64,000 bases of DNA from a bacterium (lineage in GTDB: Bacteria > UBA8248): positions 1,056,001 to 1,120,000 of the forward strand of contig OZ241996.1 in the NCBI GenBank assembly GCA_965204535.1. Direction: 5' to 3'. The translations under genes were made by a program, and so were the position numbers. Shown in pieces: positions 42,740-52,673 of this stretch. Each line of letters begins with the position of its first letter. The stretch's first letter is position 1. The notes under the pieces are model-generated. The model was given only the letters and a program-made list of their open reading frames with translations, ran no database searches and was not told the origin of the DNA.

Positions 42740-45073
42740 TTACTCAAAAGGCAAAGGCGCCCATGAGCGACTATTCCAAAATCCGCCTTCTCGTAAAACA
42801 TTTCTTCCGCGTGTGGAACCCAGGGCTCTTTCACCTTCGAGAAGGCCGACAAGGTTGAAACCGACATAAACTTCGCTTTTATCCTTTGTGTCGGTGAATG
42901 TGAGTTCCACGCCCCAACAGCAATCAAGGTAGCGCGCCGTAATACTTTGCTCCAGCGTGGTCTTCTGGGTTTTGTTCAGACGCGAGACGTATTCGAGAGA
43001 AAGGTTCTGGTTGATGGAGAACCCCCCTCCGAAATTCAGGTGGCTACCCTCTGTATTTACCGGGTCGTTTCCATTTTGGCGCGTCCAGGTCCGATCGAGA
43101 TTGAGATACCACTTCTTCCCGCCGTCGACAAAGACACCTGTGGAATGTTCGCTGATTTCCAGGTCATAGGGGTTGTATTTGAATTGTTGTAGCAGGCGAA
43201 GCTTGGAGAAGGGCTGCGATTCGAGCCTGAAAGTGATATCGCTCAAGGGGCGTTTCGGCTTCGTGTCCAGTTCTTCATTCCTTCGCGCTTCGACGAGATC
43301 ATAAATCTGGCTGATTCGGTAGCGAAACAACTGCCTAGTCTGGAACCCGTCATTTAGGGGTAGTTTCGTCAATACACGATTCACGATGGCGTATTCGATG
43401 GCATGTTCATGCTGAAGAGTGTCCACCATATCCAGAGGGAGGATCAGGCTCCTGTCGTACGCGTCGTTGTTCGGGCTGTATTGATACATCGTTTCAAACG
43501 AGAGGATGTGCTTGAAATCCCGGAAGGGACCGAGTTTTCCTCGGTAAACTTTACTGTATCGCGGACCAATCGCATGGAGCTTCGCAAACCACATTTCACG
43601 TGAAAGACCGGATTCCACGTGTTGCGTATCATCGAAATACGAACCTGCGCCCGGCTCCGTTCTTTGATGCGTCCAGTGGGTCCTGCGGAATCCGATTTCG
43701 GGTGTCAGGCCAAGCCAGGGAACAGCCTCCAAGCGAAGCGATAAAGATGGTTCGACGTGAAAACGGCTCAGCCGGAGCGTGTTGTCGTTCTCCGTTTTTC
43801 TGAAATTGGTGAAAGAGGAATCCAAATTGAAGTAAAAATCGCTTTTCCCAAAACGTTTGTTGTGGATGTCAAGAATCACTTCCGGTGCTTTTTCGAATAA
43901 CTGTCCATCTGCTTCGCCCAAGCCTTCGCGTCTTCTCATTCCTAGTTGAAGCTGTCCGGCAATCTTGGGGAAATTTTGCGTGAAAGTGACCTGGGTATCC
44001 GTGTCCTGGCGCGTGCGAGTCAGCACATCGCCTTCAAGGGAGCGATCGCTTGACGGGCGTTTTTGTAAATCGACTACGGCGTGCAAATTGGCGCCTAAGT
44101 CCTTAAAATTCGTGCGGTGGACGCCCTTGACGTCCCAAAAGGCTGCACGCTCGATTTTGTCTTTCAGGTAGCGGCCCGCTATCTGTCCCGAGGTATTTCG
44201 ATTTGGTGTGTAACGGTACTCTCCTTTGTAGCGAGTACCGCGCTTGGTGAAATAATCTGCCCCGAAGGTGGCGTCCGTCGAATCGTTGATAGCCCAGAAA
44301 AATGAAGGAGAAAACTGAAAGCCGTTTCGACTGCTCGAGCCGATGCCCGGCAGGAGGAAGCCGGTGGCTCTTTTTGTTTTTATCGGCACCATCGCCCAGG
44401 GGAAAAATGCCGCCGGCACGCCTTTCACCGTCATGGTGGGGGCTTCTAGTTGAGCATAGCCCTCGATCTGGAAAGTCGCCCGCTCGAAGCCGAAAGCCCA
44501 GTCTGGAAGATCCCCTTCGCACGTTGTGAAAGTGCCCCCCTGGACTTCGTACCGATCTTCTGCCAAGCGCCGAATCACGCGTCCCGTCACATAATATGTG
44601 GTGCCGATGATGCCGCGCGCGTTGAAAACGACCATCCGTTCGGTATCGAGATTAAACTCGATGCGGTTGGCAACGATGCGGTCATTCGTGGTTTGAAAAA
44701 CAATGTTTCCAGAGGCGACGCCGTCGCGCGTCGATGTTTGCACCTCGATATGGTCCGCTTGGATTCTTTTGCCTAAATATTGAATGTCCGCAGAGCCGCG
44801 GCCGATAATTCGCTGTCGCTCCCGATCTTCTCGTATCTCATCGGCCGTGATGGCGATGGCGGCTTCGGGTTCTCTTAAGAACTTCAGACCCTCGTCGCTT
44901 CTTGTAGACGGAGTGGGTGGGACTTGGGCTTGCATGCCGTTCTTAGGCTGCGCTTGCGGGCAAGGTGGTGTCCAGAAAAGTACGAAAGAGAAAATGATGA
45001 TTGATGAACAAAACCCATTTGCTGTCAGAAAGGTGAATTTTGAATTATTTGACACGAAAATTCTCATCATCAC
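42740..45073 (-). CDS. lptD: LPS assembly outer membrane protein LptD
   Basis: N-terminal OstA-like beta domain, FTTC..PDW, RATGFLLP, FFWAI, beta-barrel strands, C-terminal CCW. Confidence 0.85.
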   Translation of the reverse strand: MMMRIFVSNNSKFTFLTANGFCSSIIIFSFVLFWTPPCPQAQPKNGMQAQVPPTPSTRSDEGLKFLREPEAAIAITADEIREDRERQRIIGRGSADIQYLGKRIQADHIEVQTSTRDGVASGNIVFQTTNDRIVANRIEFNLDTERMVVFNARGIIGTTYYVTGRVIRRLAEDRYEVQGGTFTTCEGDLPDWAFGFERATFQIEGYAQLEAPTMTVKGVPAAFFPWAMVPIKTKRATGFLLPGIGSSSRNGFQFSPSFFWAINDSTDATFGADYFTKRGTRYKGEYRYTPNRNTSGQIAGRYLKDKIERAAFWDVKGVHRTNFKDLGANLHAVVDLQKRPSSDRSLEGDVLTRTRQDTDTQVTFTQNFPKIAGQLQLGMRRREGLGEADGQLFEKAPEVILDIHNKRFGKSDFYFNLDSSFTNFRKTENDNTLRLSRFHVEPSLSLRLEAVPWLGLTPEIGFRRTHWTHQRTEPGAGSYFDDTQHVESGLSREMWFAKLHAIGPRYSKVYRGKLGPFRDFKHILSFETMYQYSPNNDAYDRSLILPLDMVDTLQHEHAIEYAIVNRVLTKLPLNDGFQTRQLFRYRISQIYDLVEARRNEELDTKPKRPLSDITFRLESQPFSKLRLLQQFKYNPYDLEISEHSTGVFVDGGKKWYLNLDRTWTRQNGNDPVNTEGSHLNFGGGFSINQNLSLEYVSRLNKTQKTTLEQSITARYLDCCWGVELTFTDTKDKSEVYVGFNLVGLLEGERALGSTRGRNVLREGGFWNSRSWAPLPFE

Positions 45074-45251
45074 GATTCGTTAAAAACTATCTCTAACTTC
45101 GGATGAGCCGGGTTTTTCAAAACGGTTTTGAAGCAAAATTGATTATGAATACTATTCGAAGAGATCGCAATCGAGGGGAATAGTCAATTAGATAAGAAAT
45201 GGCTCATCATTCGAGCCATTTCTAGCGGCATGAGACGCGCCTATAGGCGGA

Positions 45252-46088
45252 TCATGAAGATTCCGAGTGGGTTTCTTCGAAGTTTTCGGGAGTGCTCTCT
45301 CGTTTGGTTCTCCGCCATCTCGTTATCATTCCATAGGGACCGGATGCGGCGTAGCCAACAAATGCCAGACAGGCAACTACCTGAGGAATCGCCGCCGCCA
45401 CGAAAAGAGCCAACACCGCGCCGACGAGGACGCGGAATGGTCTCCTGAGCGGTCCGCTTAAATCCTTGAAACTCTTGTATCGAATGGTGCTTACCATCAG
45501 GAATGCAAGAACGTAGCTGAGCGCCGCGATGAGAATAAGGGGGACATGGATCTTAATCGAAAAGTCTTCAACCAAATATACGATGGATGCTAAAACACCT
45601 GCGGCTCCGGGTATCGGCAGTCCCCGAAAATCCATGGGGCCACTGCTCGCTTGCGCCAGCACGTTGAAGCGCGCCAGCCTCAGGGCGCCGCAAGCGGCGA
45701 ATATGAACGTGGCTAGCCAGCCGATTCTGCCGTAAGGAGCGAGGAGCCAAGTATATATCAAAACGGCCGGCGCGATACCAAAGGCCGTCAGGTCGCACAA
45801 CGAGTCGTACTGAAGGCCAAAAGAACTTGTGCTCTTCGTCAACCGGGCGACTGTGCCGTCGAGCCCATCCAAAACGATGGCCAATAATATGGCCAGCGAG
45901 GCCCAGGTGAAGTCTCCCTGGATGGAAGCGACGATTGCGTAGAAACCGGCAAAAAGGCTGCCTGTCGTCAGCAGGTTGGGAACCAGGAATATCCCTCGTT
46001 GAAAGGAACGCCTTCCGGAGCGGCGTCTTCTCCTGCGTGAACGACGACCAAATTTATTCCGCGGCTGTCTGTTGGTTTGTTCGTCCAA
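45252..46088 (-). CDS. pssA: CDP-diacylglycerol--serine O-phosphatidyltransferase
   Basis: PNLLT, DGLDG.VAR...FG..YDSLCD..FG.AP, LRLARFN, F.GLPIP. TTG start after GGAG inferred. Confidence 0.93.
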   Translation of the reverse strand: MDEQTNRQPRNKFGRRSRRRRRRSGRRSFQRGIFLVPNLLTTGSLFAGFYAIVASIQGDFTWASLAILLAIVLDGLDGTVARLTKSTSSFGLQYDSLCDLTAFGIAPAVLIYTWLLAPYGRIGWLATFIFAACGALRLARFNVLAQASSGPMDFRGLPIPGAAGVLASIVYLVEDFSIKIHVPLILIAALSYVLAFLMVSTIRYKSFKDLSGPLRRPFRVLVGAVLALFVAAAIPQVVACLAFVGYAASGPYGMITRWRRTKRESTPENFEETHSESS

Positions 46089-46710
46089 CGATGGTTTCTC
46101 CTCCGCGAACACGCTGCCCCTGTTCTACGGATATATTATATCCTGCCGGAAAATATAGGTCCGTACGCGAGCCGAACTGAATCAGCCCGAATCGCTCTCC
46201 CGCCCTTATGGTATCGCCCTCCTTGGGCCAGCATATAATGCGTCGTGCCAAAACGCCGGCGATTTGAATGACTTTGAAATTATCGCCTGAGTTTGTCTTG
46301 ATTTCCAGAGTGTTTTGTTCATTGATGTTCGAGGCGGCTTCTTTGTATGCAGCCAGGAAACGGCCTTTTTTATAATGGATGCTCGATATTCTTCCCTCCA
46401 CGGGGGATCGGTTGATATGAACGTCCAGGGGAGAGAGGAAAATCCGGACCACACTTCCACCATCTTTGGCGGAGGCGATCTCCACGACCCGGCCATCAGC
46501 CGGAGATAAGACGACGCCCGGTTCATCAGGCGGGGTGCGATCAGGGTCTCTGAAAAAACCGGCTACAGCCGCGGCCACAAGAAAAGAAATGGTTGCCCAC
46601 ATCCATCCCCCGAAAAGGAGCGAGATGAGGCCGATGGCCGATAAACCCAAAATATAGGCCCAACCTTCTCTAGCAATAAATGGCCTGTTGGAGGGGCCTC
46701 TTTCACTCAT
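46054..46710 (-). CDS. psd: Phosphatidylserine decarboxylase proenzyme
   Basis: FFRDPDR, SPADG, IFLSPLDVHINR, QIAG..ARRI, FGS cleavage motif. Confidence 0.95.
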   Translation of the reverse strand: MSERGPSNRPFIAREGWAYILGLSAIGLISLLFGGWMWATISFLVAAAVAGFFRDPDRTPPDEPGVVLSPADGRVVEIASAKDGGSVVRIFLSPLDVHINRSPVEGRISSIHYKKGRFLAAYKEAASNINEQNTLEIKTNSGDNFKVIQIAGVLARRIICWPKEGDTIRAGERFGLIQFGSRTDLYFPAGYNISVEQGQRVRGGETIVGRTNQQTAAE

Positions 46711-46713
46711 GGG

Positions 46714-47244
46714 TTAATTTTTAGAACCCTTAAGAGTTTTGCCCCCACGGGTGAGGGCGACCTTGCCTGTGCGGGCGATCTCTTTGATGCCGAATGGTTG
46801 GAGTAAATTCAAGATGGCGTGAATCTTTCCTTCATCGCCTGTGACTTCAACAGTAATGGTATCTGTAGACACATCGACGACGCGGCCCCGGAAAACGTCG
46901 ATGATTTGAAAAATCTCCGGCCGCGCGGCTTTCGGAGCCGAAATCTTGATGAGAATCATCTCTCGTTCGACGCTGTCCGTCTCACCCATGTCCATTACCT
47001 TGAAGGTGTCGATGAGCTTGCTGAGGTGTTTTCTGATCTGCTCGAGAACTTTTGCATCTCCGCGCGTGACGAGAGTGATTCGGGATACGCTCGGGTCCTG
47101 CGTTACCCCCACGCAAAGGCTGTCGATGTTGTAGCCTCGGGCGCTGAACAGACTTGCCACCTTGGCGAGAACGCCGAATTTGTTCTCCACCAAAACCGCT
47201 ATCGTATGTGTATCATCCTTGGTGTTGTTGGAATCTCTGGACAT
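46714..47244 (-). CDS. ilvN: Acetolactate synthase small (regulatory) subunit, copy 2
   Basis: VLVENKFGVL..LFSARGYNIDSL, LSKLID, EREMILIK, EIARTG; TAATG overlap with the upstream ilvN. Confidence 0.93.
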   Translation of the reverse strand: MSRDSNNTKDDTHTIAVLVENKFGVLAKVASLFSARGYNIDSLCVGVTQDPSVSRITLVTRGDAKVLEQIRKHLSKLIDTFKVMDMGETDSVEREMILIKISAPKAARPEIFQIIDVFRGRVVDVSTDTITVEVTGDEGKIHAILNLLQPFGIKEIARTGKVALTRGGKTLKGSKN

Positions 47245-47747
47245 TATGCGATGGGCTCCCAATCGTCGGGCATGCCGTCGTAGGGCAGCGAAATCATACC
47301 CGTACGCGCCATCTGCGAAATTCCGTAGCCTTCGAATGCCTTGAGGAGAGTTCTGACCTTATGATCGTTGCCGCTCGCTTCGAGCGTCACAGTGTCATCG
47401 GTCATATTAATTACCTGAGCACCGAAGGCGTTGGCGAGTTGTATGATTTCACTTCTTTTGTTGATGGGCGCTTCGATTGTCGCGAGAACGAGTTCGCGCG
47501 TGACGGCTTGGTTATAAGAGATTTGCTCGACTTCCCGCACGTCGTAGAGCTTGCGGAGTTGTTTAGCGATCTGGTCGAGTTCGTTTTCTTCACCGATGGC
47601 GACGATGACGATGCGCGTAATTGTGGCATCCTCCGTCGGTCCGGCGGCGATGCTTTCGATGTTGTATCCACGGCGCGTGAAAAGGCCCGCTACGTGGGAA
47701 AGCACGCCCGCGTGGTTATTGACGAGAATGGAATAGACTTGTCTCAT
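47244..47747 (-). CDS. ilvN: Acetolactate synthase small (regulatory) subunit, copy 1
   Basis: ILVNNHAGVL..LFTRRGYNIESI, KQLRKL, RELVL, MARTG; ATGA overlap with the upstream ilvB. Confidence 0.92.
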   Translation of the reverse strand: MRQVYSILVNNHAGVLSHVAGLFTRRGYNIESIAAGPTEDATITRIVIVAIGEENELDQIAKQLRKLYDVREVEQISYNQAVTRELVLATIEAPINKRSEIIQLANAFGAQVINMTDDTVTLEASGNDHKVRTLLKAFEGYGISQMARTGMISLPYDGMPDDWEPIA

Positions 47748-49438
47748 GATTTCGCTTCTCTGGAGGGAGGAGCGAGTTGCATCTCATCGTTTCCGGCGCC
47801 GGCAGGAACCATGGGCCAGACGTTTTCCTCCTTGTTGACTAAGAAATTCAACACTACTGGCCCATCGTGCTCGGCCGCCGTCTCGAGGGAATTCCGTGCT
47901 TCGTTCACGTCAGTGATGTTGATGCCCTTTACGCCATAGCCCTCTGCGATCATGCCGAAATCGGGATTTTCCGGATAGTGCGAGTGCGAGTAGCGCTTAT
48001 CGAAGAACAGTTCCTGCCACTGGCGCACCATCCCCAGGTAAGCATTGTTCAGGATGGCGACTTTGACGGGGACGTTATAGGTCGCCGCTGTAGCGAGTTC
48101 GACGAGCGTCATCGCGAAACTGCCGTCGCCGTCGATTAGCCAAACATCTTTCTCTGGACGGGCGAATTTCGCGCCGATGGCGGCGGGAAGGCCAAAACCC
48201 ATCGTCCCGAGACCGCCGGAAGTCACCCAGGTCTTGGGTTCGTTGAAGCGGATGAACTGTGCCGCCCACATTTGATGCTGCCCCACACCGGTCACATAAA
48301 TGCCGTTGCCTTCGGTAATTTCCTGAATTTGATCGATCACGTACTGAGGTTTGATAGAGCCGTCCCAGTCATACTGGAGGGGATAGTTCGTCTTCCAATC
48401 CGTCCAGGTTTGTCGCCACTCATCGTAATCCCCGGGCGTTAGATGCTCATTGAGCGTAATCAGCACGTCCCGTACATTCCCGAGAATCGGAATGTGCGTG
48501 TGCACTCGTTTATCGATCTCGGCGTCGTCGATGTCGACATGCGCGATGGTCGCGTTAGGGCAAAAGCTCGACACCTTACCCGTCACGCGGTCGTCGAAAC
48601 GGGCGCCGAGGTTGATGAGCAAATCGCATTCACACAGAGCAAAATTCGCATAGGCCGTGCCGTGCATCCCCGGCATACCGAGGAAAAGCTCGTCCGTGCC
48701 CGGGAATCCCCCGAGACCCAACAATGTGTTGATCACCGGGATGCCCGCCGCTTTTGCGAATTTCGCGAGTTCCTCAGACGCCCCGGACTTGATGATGCCG
48801 GCGCCGCCGATGATGACGGGCCGCTCGGCCCGTTCGATGGCTTCGATCAGTTTCTCGATTCCCTCCATATCGAGTTCGGGATATTCCCTGATAGCCGGAA
48901 GAGGGGATTCAGAGGATTCTCGCGGCGCGTATTCCGCCTTGGTGATCTGGATATCTTTGGGGAAATCGAGCAAAACGGGGCCGGGCCGGCCTGTCGTCGC
49001 CATGCGAATCGCTTCTCGCGTAACGTGTTGAATCTCGTTGACGTCTTTAATGAGCCAGTTGAATTTTGTGACCGGAATGGAGCAGCCGTACACGTCGGCT
49101 TCCTGGAAGGCGTCGGTGCCAATCATGTTGGTAGCCACTTGGCCCGTGATGGCGATGAGCGGCACGGAATCCATCTGCGCATTGGCGAGTCCGGTGATGA
49201 GGTTCGTGGCTCCGGGGCCTGAAGTCGTGACGACGATGGCGACTTTACCACTCACGCGCGCGTATCCATCCGCCATGTGTGCCGCACCCTGTTCGTGACG
49301 GGTGAGGATGTGCGGAAAATCCGCCTTCAGCAGTTCATCGTAAAACGGCATAATGGCGCCACCTGGTATGCCGAAGGCCATCTCGATGCCTGCCGCTTTT
49401 AACTCTTCAATCATAATTTGCGAGCCATTGAGCTCCAC
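47744..49438 (-). CDS. ilvB: Acetolactate synthase large subunit, copy 2
   Basis: FGIPGGA, RHEQ, TSGPGATN, DAFQEAD, RFDDRVTG, SGGLGTMG, GDGSF..NN..GMVRQWQ. Confidence 0.95.
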   Translation of the reverse strand: MELNGSQIMIEELKAAGIEMAFGIPGGAIMPFYDELLKADFPHILTRHEQGAAHMADGYARVSGKVAIVVTTSGPGATNLITGLANAQMDSVPLIAITGQVATNMIGTDAFQEADVYGCSIPVTKFNWLIKDVNEIQHVTREAIRMATTGRPGPVLLDFPKDIQITKAEYAPRESSESPLPAIREYPELDMEGIEKLIEAIERAERPVIIGGAGIIKSGASEELAKFAKAAGIPVINTLLGLGGFPGTDELFLGMPGMHGTAYANFALCECDLLINLGARFDDRVTGKVSSFCPNATIAHVDIDDAEIDKRVHTHIPILGNVRDVLITLNEHLTPGDYDEWRQTWTDWKTNYPLQYDWDGSIKPQYVIDQIQEITEGNGIYVTGVGQHQMWAAQFIRFNEPKTWVTSGGLGTMGFGLPAAIGAKFARPEKDVWLIDGDGSFAMTLVELATAATYNVPVKVAILNNAYLGMVRQWQELFFDKRYSHSHYPENPDFGMIAEGYGVKGINITDVNEARNSLETAAEHDGPVVLNFLVNKEENVWPMVPAGAGNDEMQLAPPSREAKS

Positions 49439-49450
49439 GGATGAAACCTC

Positions 49451-51235
49451 CTAGTTATCGGGCAATGCGCTGAGCTTGCCTCGAAGGACTTTTTTCCGGC
49501 TGTCCCGAACAATCATGTCTTTTGTCGCGCCGCCCGCGGGTACCATCGGAAAAACCAACTCATCGGGGTCGACGATCACGTCCAGAATGTAGGGTCCCGG
49601 CGTGGTGATCATTTCCTGGATGGCGGGTCTCAATTCTTCTTTGTCCACAATCCGTCGACCACTGGCGCCGAATGCCTCCGCGAGCTTGACGTAATCGGGC
49701 GAAGAGTCGAAATCCACTTCGCTGAATCGCCTGTCCATGAACAAATCTTGCCATTGGCGAACCATGCCCAATGTAGCGTTATTCAACAAAAAGACTTTTA
49801 CGGGAATTCCATACTGAACAGCGGTGGCGACTTCTTGCATCACCATCTGAAAACTACCGTCTCCCGCAATATCGATCGCCAGCTTGTCTGGCCTCGCAAG
49901 CGCCACGCCGATGGCCGCGGGAAAGCCGAAGCCCATAGTTCCGAGGCCGCCGGATGAAATGAACTGACGCGGGAAGGTGAAATTGTAAAATTGAGCGGCC
50001 CACATCTGGTGTTGTCCCACCTCGGTAGTGATGATCGCCTTATCGCCCACTTCCTCACTTAAGGCGACAATGGCCTCTTGCGGCTTGATTGGTGCACCCT
50101 CGGGGGAGTCGAACGTGAGCGGGTATTCCGTTCTCAGGTTCTGGAACCGCTTTTTCCACAAAGCGCGTTTTTGAGGCTTGACGAGTTTATTGACTTCGGC
50201 GAGCACCAGGCGGGCGTCGCCGACAACGGGGATATCCGCCGCTTTGTTCTTTCCAATAGCCGTGGGGTCTATATCGATATGGATGATTTTCGCCCGGGTC
50301 GCGAATTCCGAGACCTTTCCGGTGACGCGGTCGTCAAACCTTGCGCCGACGGCGATGAGCAAGTCACATTCCATGGTCGCGTAGTTGGCGTATGCCGTCC
50401 CGTGCATGCCGAGCATGCCCAATGAGAGTTCATGGGCGCTGGGGAAAGCACCTGCTCCCAAAAGCGTATAAGTGACAGGAATCTCCGCCGTTTCCGCGAG
50501 TTTCAGGATTTCCTGATGTGCTTCCGAATGGATGGCGCCACCGCCCACGTAGAGCAGGGGCTGTTTGGATTCTTTAATGGCTTCGGCTACGCGCTGAATT
50601 TGTCTGGGGTGACCTTTTGTCGTGGGCTTGTAGCCGCGCAAATCCACTTTCTCTGGCACCTGGTAGTGTCCATCGCCGAGAAGGACGTCTTTGGGCAAAT
50701 CGACGAGTACCGGGCCGGGCCTTCCTGTGCGTGCGATGTAGAAAGCCTCTTGGATCGTTTCGGCGAGTTCATCTGTGCTCTTGACCAGATAGCTGTGCTT
50801 GGTGACGGTTCTTGTCATGCCCACGATGTCGGCTTCCTGGAAGGCGTCGTTGCCCACCATCGTAGTGGCAACTTGTCCAGTGAGGCATACGATGGGAATG
50901 GAATCCATGTAGGCATCCGTGATGCCCGTTATGAGATTCGTGGCACCTGGGCCGGAGGTGGTAAGACATACGCCGACCTCACCGCTGGCGCGGGCATATC
51001 CCTCGGCCATATGCGCTGCGCACTGTTCGTGTCGAATGAGTAAATGCTTGATTTTGCTTCTTTCGAGGAACAGATCCAGGAGCGTGAGGAGTATGGCACC
51101 CGGATGCCCGAAAACGTACTTCACACCCTCACGCTCAAGGCTGCGGTAAATAATCTCGGCCCCTGAGATTTTCTTGGGCTTCAGTTTTGCAGGTTGTTTT
51201 GTAGTTTGGCTTCTTGTCTTGGTCGCCACGGCCAT
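49451..51235 (-). CDS. ilvB: Acetolactate synthase large subunit, copy 1
   Basis: RHEQ, TSGPGATN, DAFQEAD, GMLGMHG, RFDDRVTG, GDGSFQM..NN..GMVRQWQ. Confidence 0.95.
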   Translation of the reverse strand: MAVATKTRSQTTKQPAKLKPKKISGAEIIYRSLEREGVKYVFGHPGAILLTLLDLFLERSKIKHLLIRHEQCAAHMAEGYARASGEVGVCLTTSGPGATNLITGITDAYMDSIPIVCLTGQVATTMVGNDAFQEADIVGMTRTVTKHSYLVKSTDELAETIQEAFYIARTGRPGPVLVDLPKDVLLGDGHYQVPEKVDLRGYKPTTKGHPRQIQRVAEAIKESKQPLLYVGGGAIHSEAHQEILKLAETAEIPVTYTLLGAGAFPSAHELSLGMLGMHGTAYANYATMECDLLIAVGARFDDRVTGKVSEFATRAKIIHIDIDPTAIGKNKAADIPVVGDARLVLAEVNKLVKPQKRALWKKRFQNLRTEYPLTFDSPEGAPIKPQEAIVALSEEVGDKAIITTEVGQHQMWAAQFYNFTFPRQFISSGGLGTMGFGFPAAIGVALARPDKLAIDIAGDGSFQMVMQEVATAVQYGIPVKVFLLNNATLGMVRQWQDLFMDRRFSEVDFDSSPDYVKLAEAFGASGRRIVDKEELRPAIQEMITTPGPYILDVIVDPDELVFPMVPAGGATKDMIVRDSRKKVLRGKLSALPDN

Positions 51236-51504
51236 TTCCTCTCAGCCAGTAGAACTTGCTCTCTCGCTGGCAATGATGTTGATCCGAAAAACGCCGATGA
51301 TGCCGGCGGTCGTTAAGCAGAAATCAGGGGACGGCGCACGAGGGCACACCGCCCCCTTCTTACGCCAGACTCCTTATTCCACAACATCTTTTTCGGACCC
51401 ATATGGCCGTCTTCCATAATAATTCGTGCGCCAAAACCCTGAATACGTCTCGGGAAATGCTCGGGTAGATGGTCTACCCTGATATCTCAAGTACACGACG
51501 CGTG

Positions 51505-51534
51505 ATATTACTGCATGTTTTTCGGTCTGGTCAA
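51505..51534 (-). promoter_or_regulatory. Putative sigma70 promoter of the ilv operon
   Basis: Minus strand TTGACC-18 nt-TAATAT, about 270 nt upstream of the ilvB start. Confidence 0.45.
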
Positions 51535-51600
51535 GGATGAAAACATAAAATCTTTTATTTCAAGGTTCTAGCGTTCCTCGGTGAACGAAACACCGATCTT

Positions 51601-51807
51601 TCAACTCTTCTCCATCGTTTCCAGTTGCGTCTTGATAGCGAGCTTTTCTTTTTTGAGTTGTTTTATCTGCTGTTGTTCTTCCGGGGATGGAAACCGAATT
51701 TCTTCGAGCGCGAGAATCTTTTCATCCAAAACGGAATGTTCTTTTTTCAAGAGTGCGAGTTCCTCGTCTACATTCAAAGTTTCTTCCACTTTTTCAGTTG
51801 CTTCCAA
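51601..51807 (-). CDS. DUF465/YdcH-like small coiled-coil protein
   Basis: L..EH..LD..I..LE......IKQLKKEKLAIK; AAAGGAG RBS before TTG at 51807. Confidence 0.75.
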   Translation of the reverse strand: MEATEKVEETLNVDEELALLKKEHSVLDEKILALEEIRFPSPEEQQQIKQLKKEKLAIKTQLETMEKS

Positions 51808-51914
51808 TGAAAAATCTCCTTTCAGGTATCCATGGTGAAAATTCCAGGTTCTCATTTGTGGTTGTAATCGTGTCTTTGAATAATCGTTTAATCTACGAAA
51901 TCTTGACCTCGGGA

Positions 51915-52658
51915 TCAACTCTGCGAATCGGGCCATTTGGTTTGCGCCTGTGATTTTCGGCAATAATTCAGAAATATGTTGGCGCTGTGCGGGGGTGTTC
52001 GGTTTTCGAGTGCCCTGTGGGTCAACCATGCGGTCGCAATGGCCGAGGAATCCACTTCATGGTGCCTGATCGATCCTTGTGAAGTTTCCAAAGCGAAGTT
52101 CTGGGGCAATTCCTCTTTTTTCCCAGCGAGCAGAGTGCCGCCATCCTCCGGGAGACGGAGTTCTTCGGGGGCGATGACTTCATCCTCCCAGAGGCGAGAG
52201 AGGGTATTTCCTGTGGATGATTGGGGGTTTGCCGATACTTGAAACAACCCGGTGAACAATTCCCCATATCTGGCGTCTCGATAGGGAAGAATGTAATCGG
52301 GCAGACTGCGGCCCGCGCGCATTTCATCCAACAGCGCGGCCGTCGCCAGGGTTTCCAAAGATGAAAACCCATAGAGCGGGCAGCCCCAGCCCAGTGAAAG
52401 CCCTTTTGCGCAAGAAAGTCCCACTCGCAATCCGGTGAAAGTTCCCGGGCCGATGCTCACCCCGATGGCCTGGATCATGTCGGCGCGAAGGTTTCTTGAA
52501 TTTAGAAGTCGCTTTACCTGGGGCAACAGCGTCTTGGAAATCCGAACGTCACCCGAGAGAAGCGTCTCTTCCTCGGTGGTTCCCGTTGAGTAAAGAAATG
52601 AGCACTTCCCATTCGGTGTCGAAGTATCGAAAGCCAGGATATAGCGGGGTTCATCCAT
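51915..52658 (-). CDS. tsaB: tRNA threonylcarbamoyladenosine biosynthesis protein TsaB
   Basis: ILAFDTST, LLP, GPGTFTGLRVG..AKGL, SSLE, DAR. Confidence 0.9.
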   Translation of the reverse strand: MDEPRYILAFDTSTPNGKCSFLYSTGTTEEETLLSGDVRISKTLLPQVKRLLNSRNLRADMIQAIGVSIGPGTFTGLRVGLSCAKGLSLGWGCPLYGFSSLETLATAALLDEMRAGRSLPDYILPYRDARYGELFTGLFQVSANPQSSTGNTLSRLWEDEVIAPEELRLPEDGGTLLAGKKEELPQNFALETSQGSIRHHEVDSSAIATAWLTHRALENRTPPHSANIFLNYCRKSQAQTKWPDSQS

Positions 52659-52673
52659 GCAGGTCCGAGCCCC

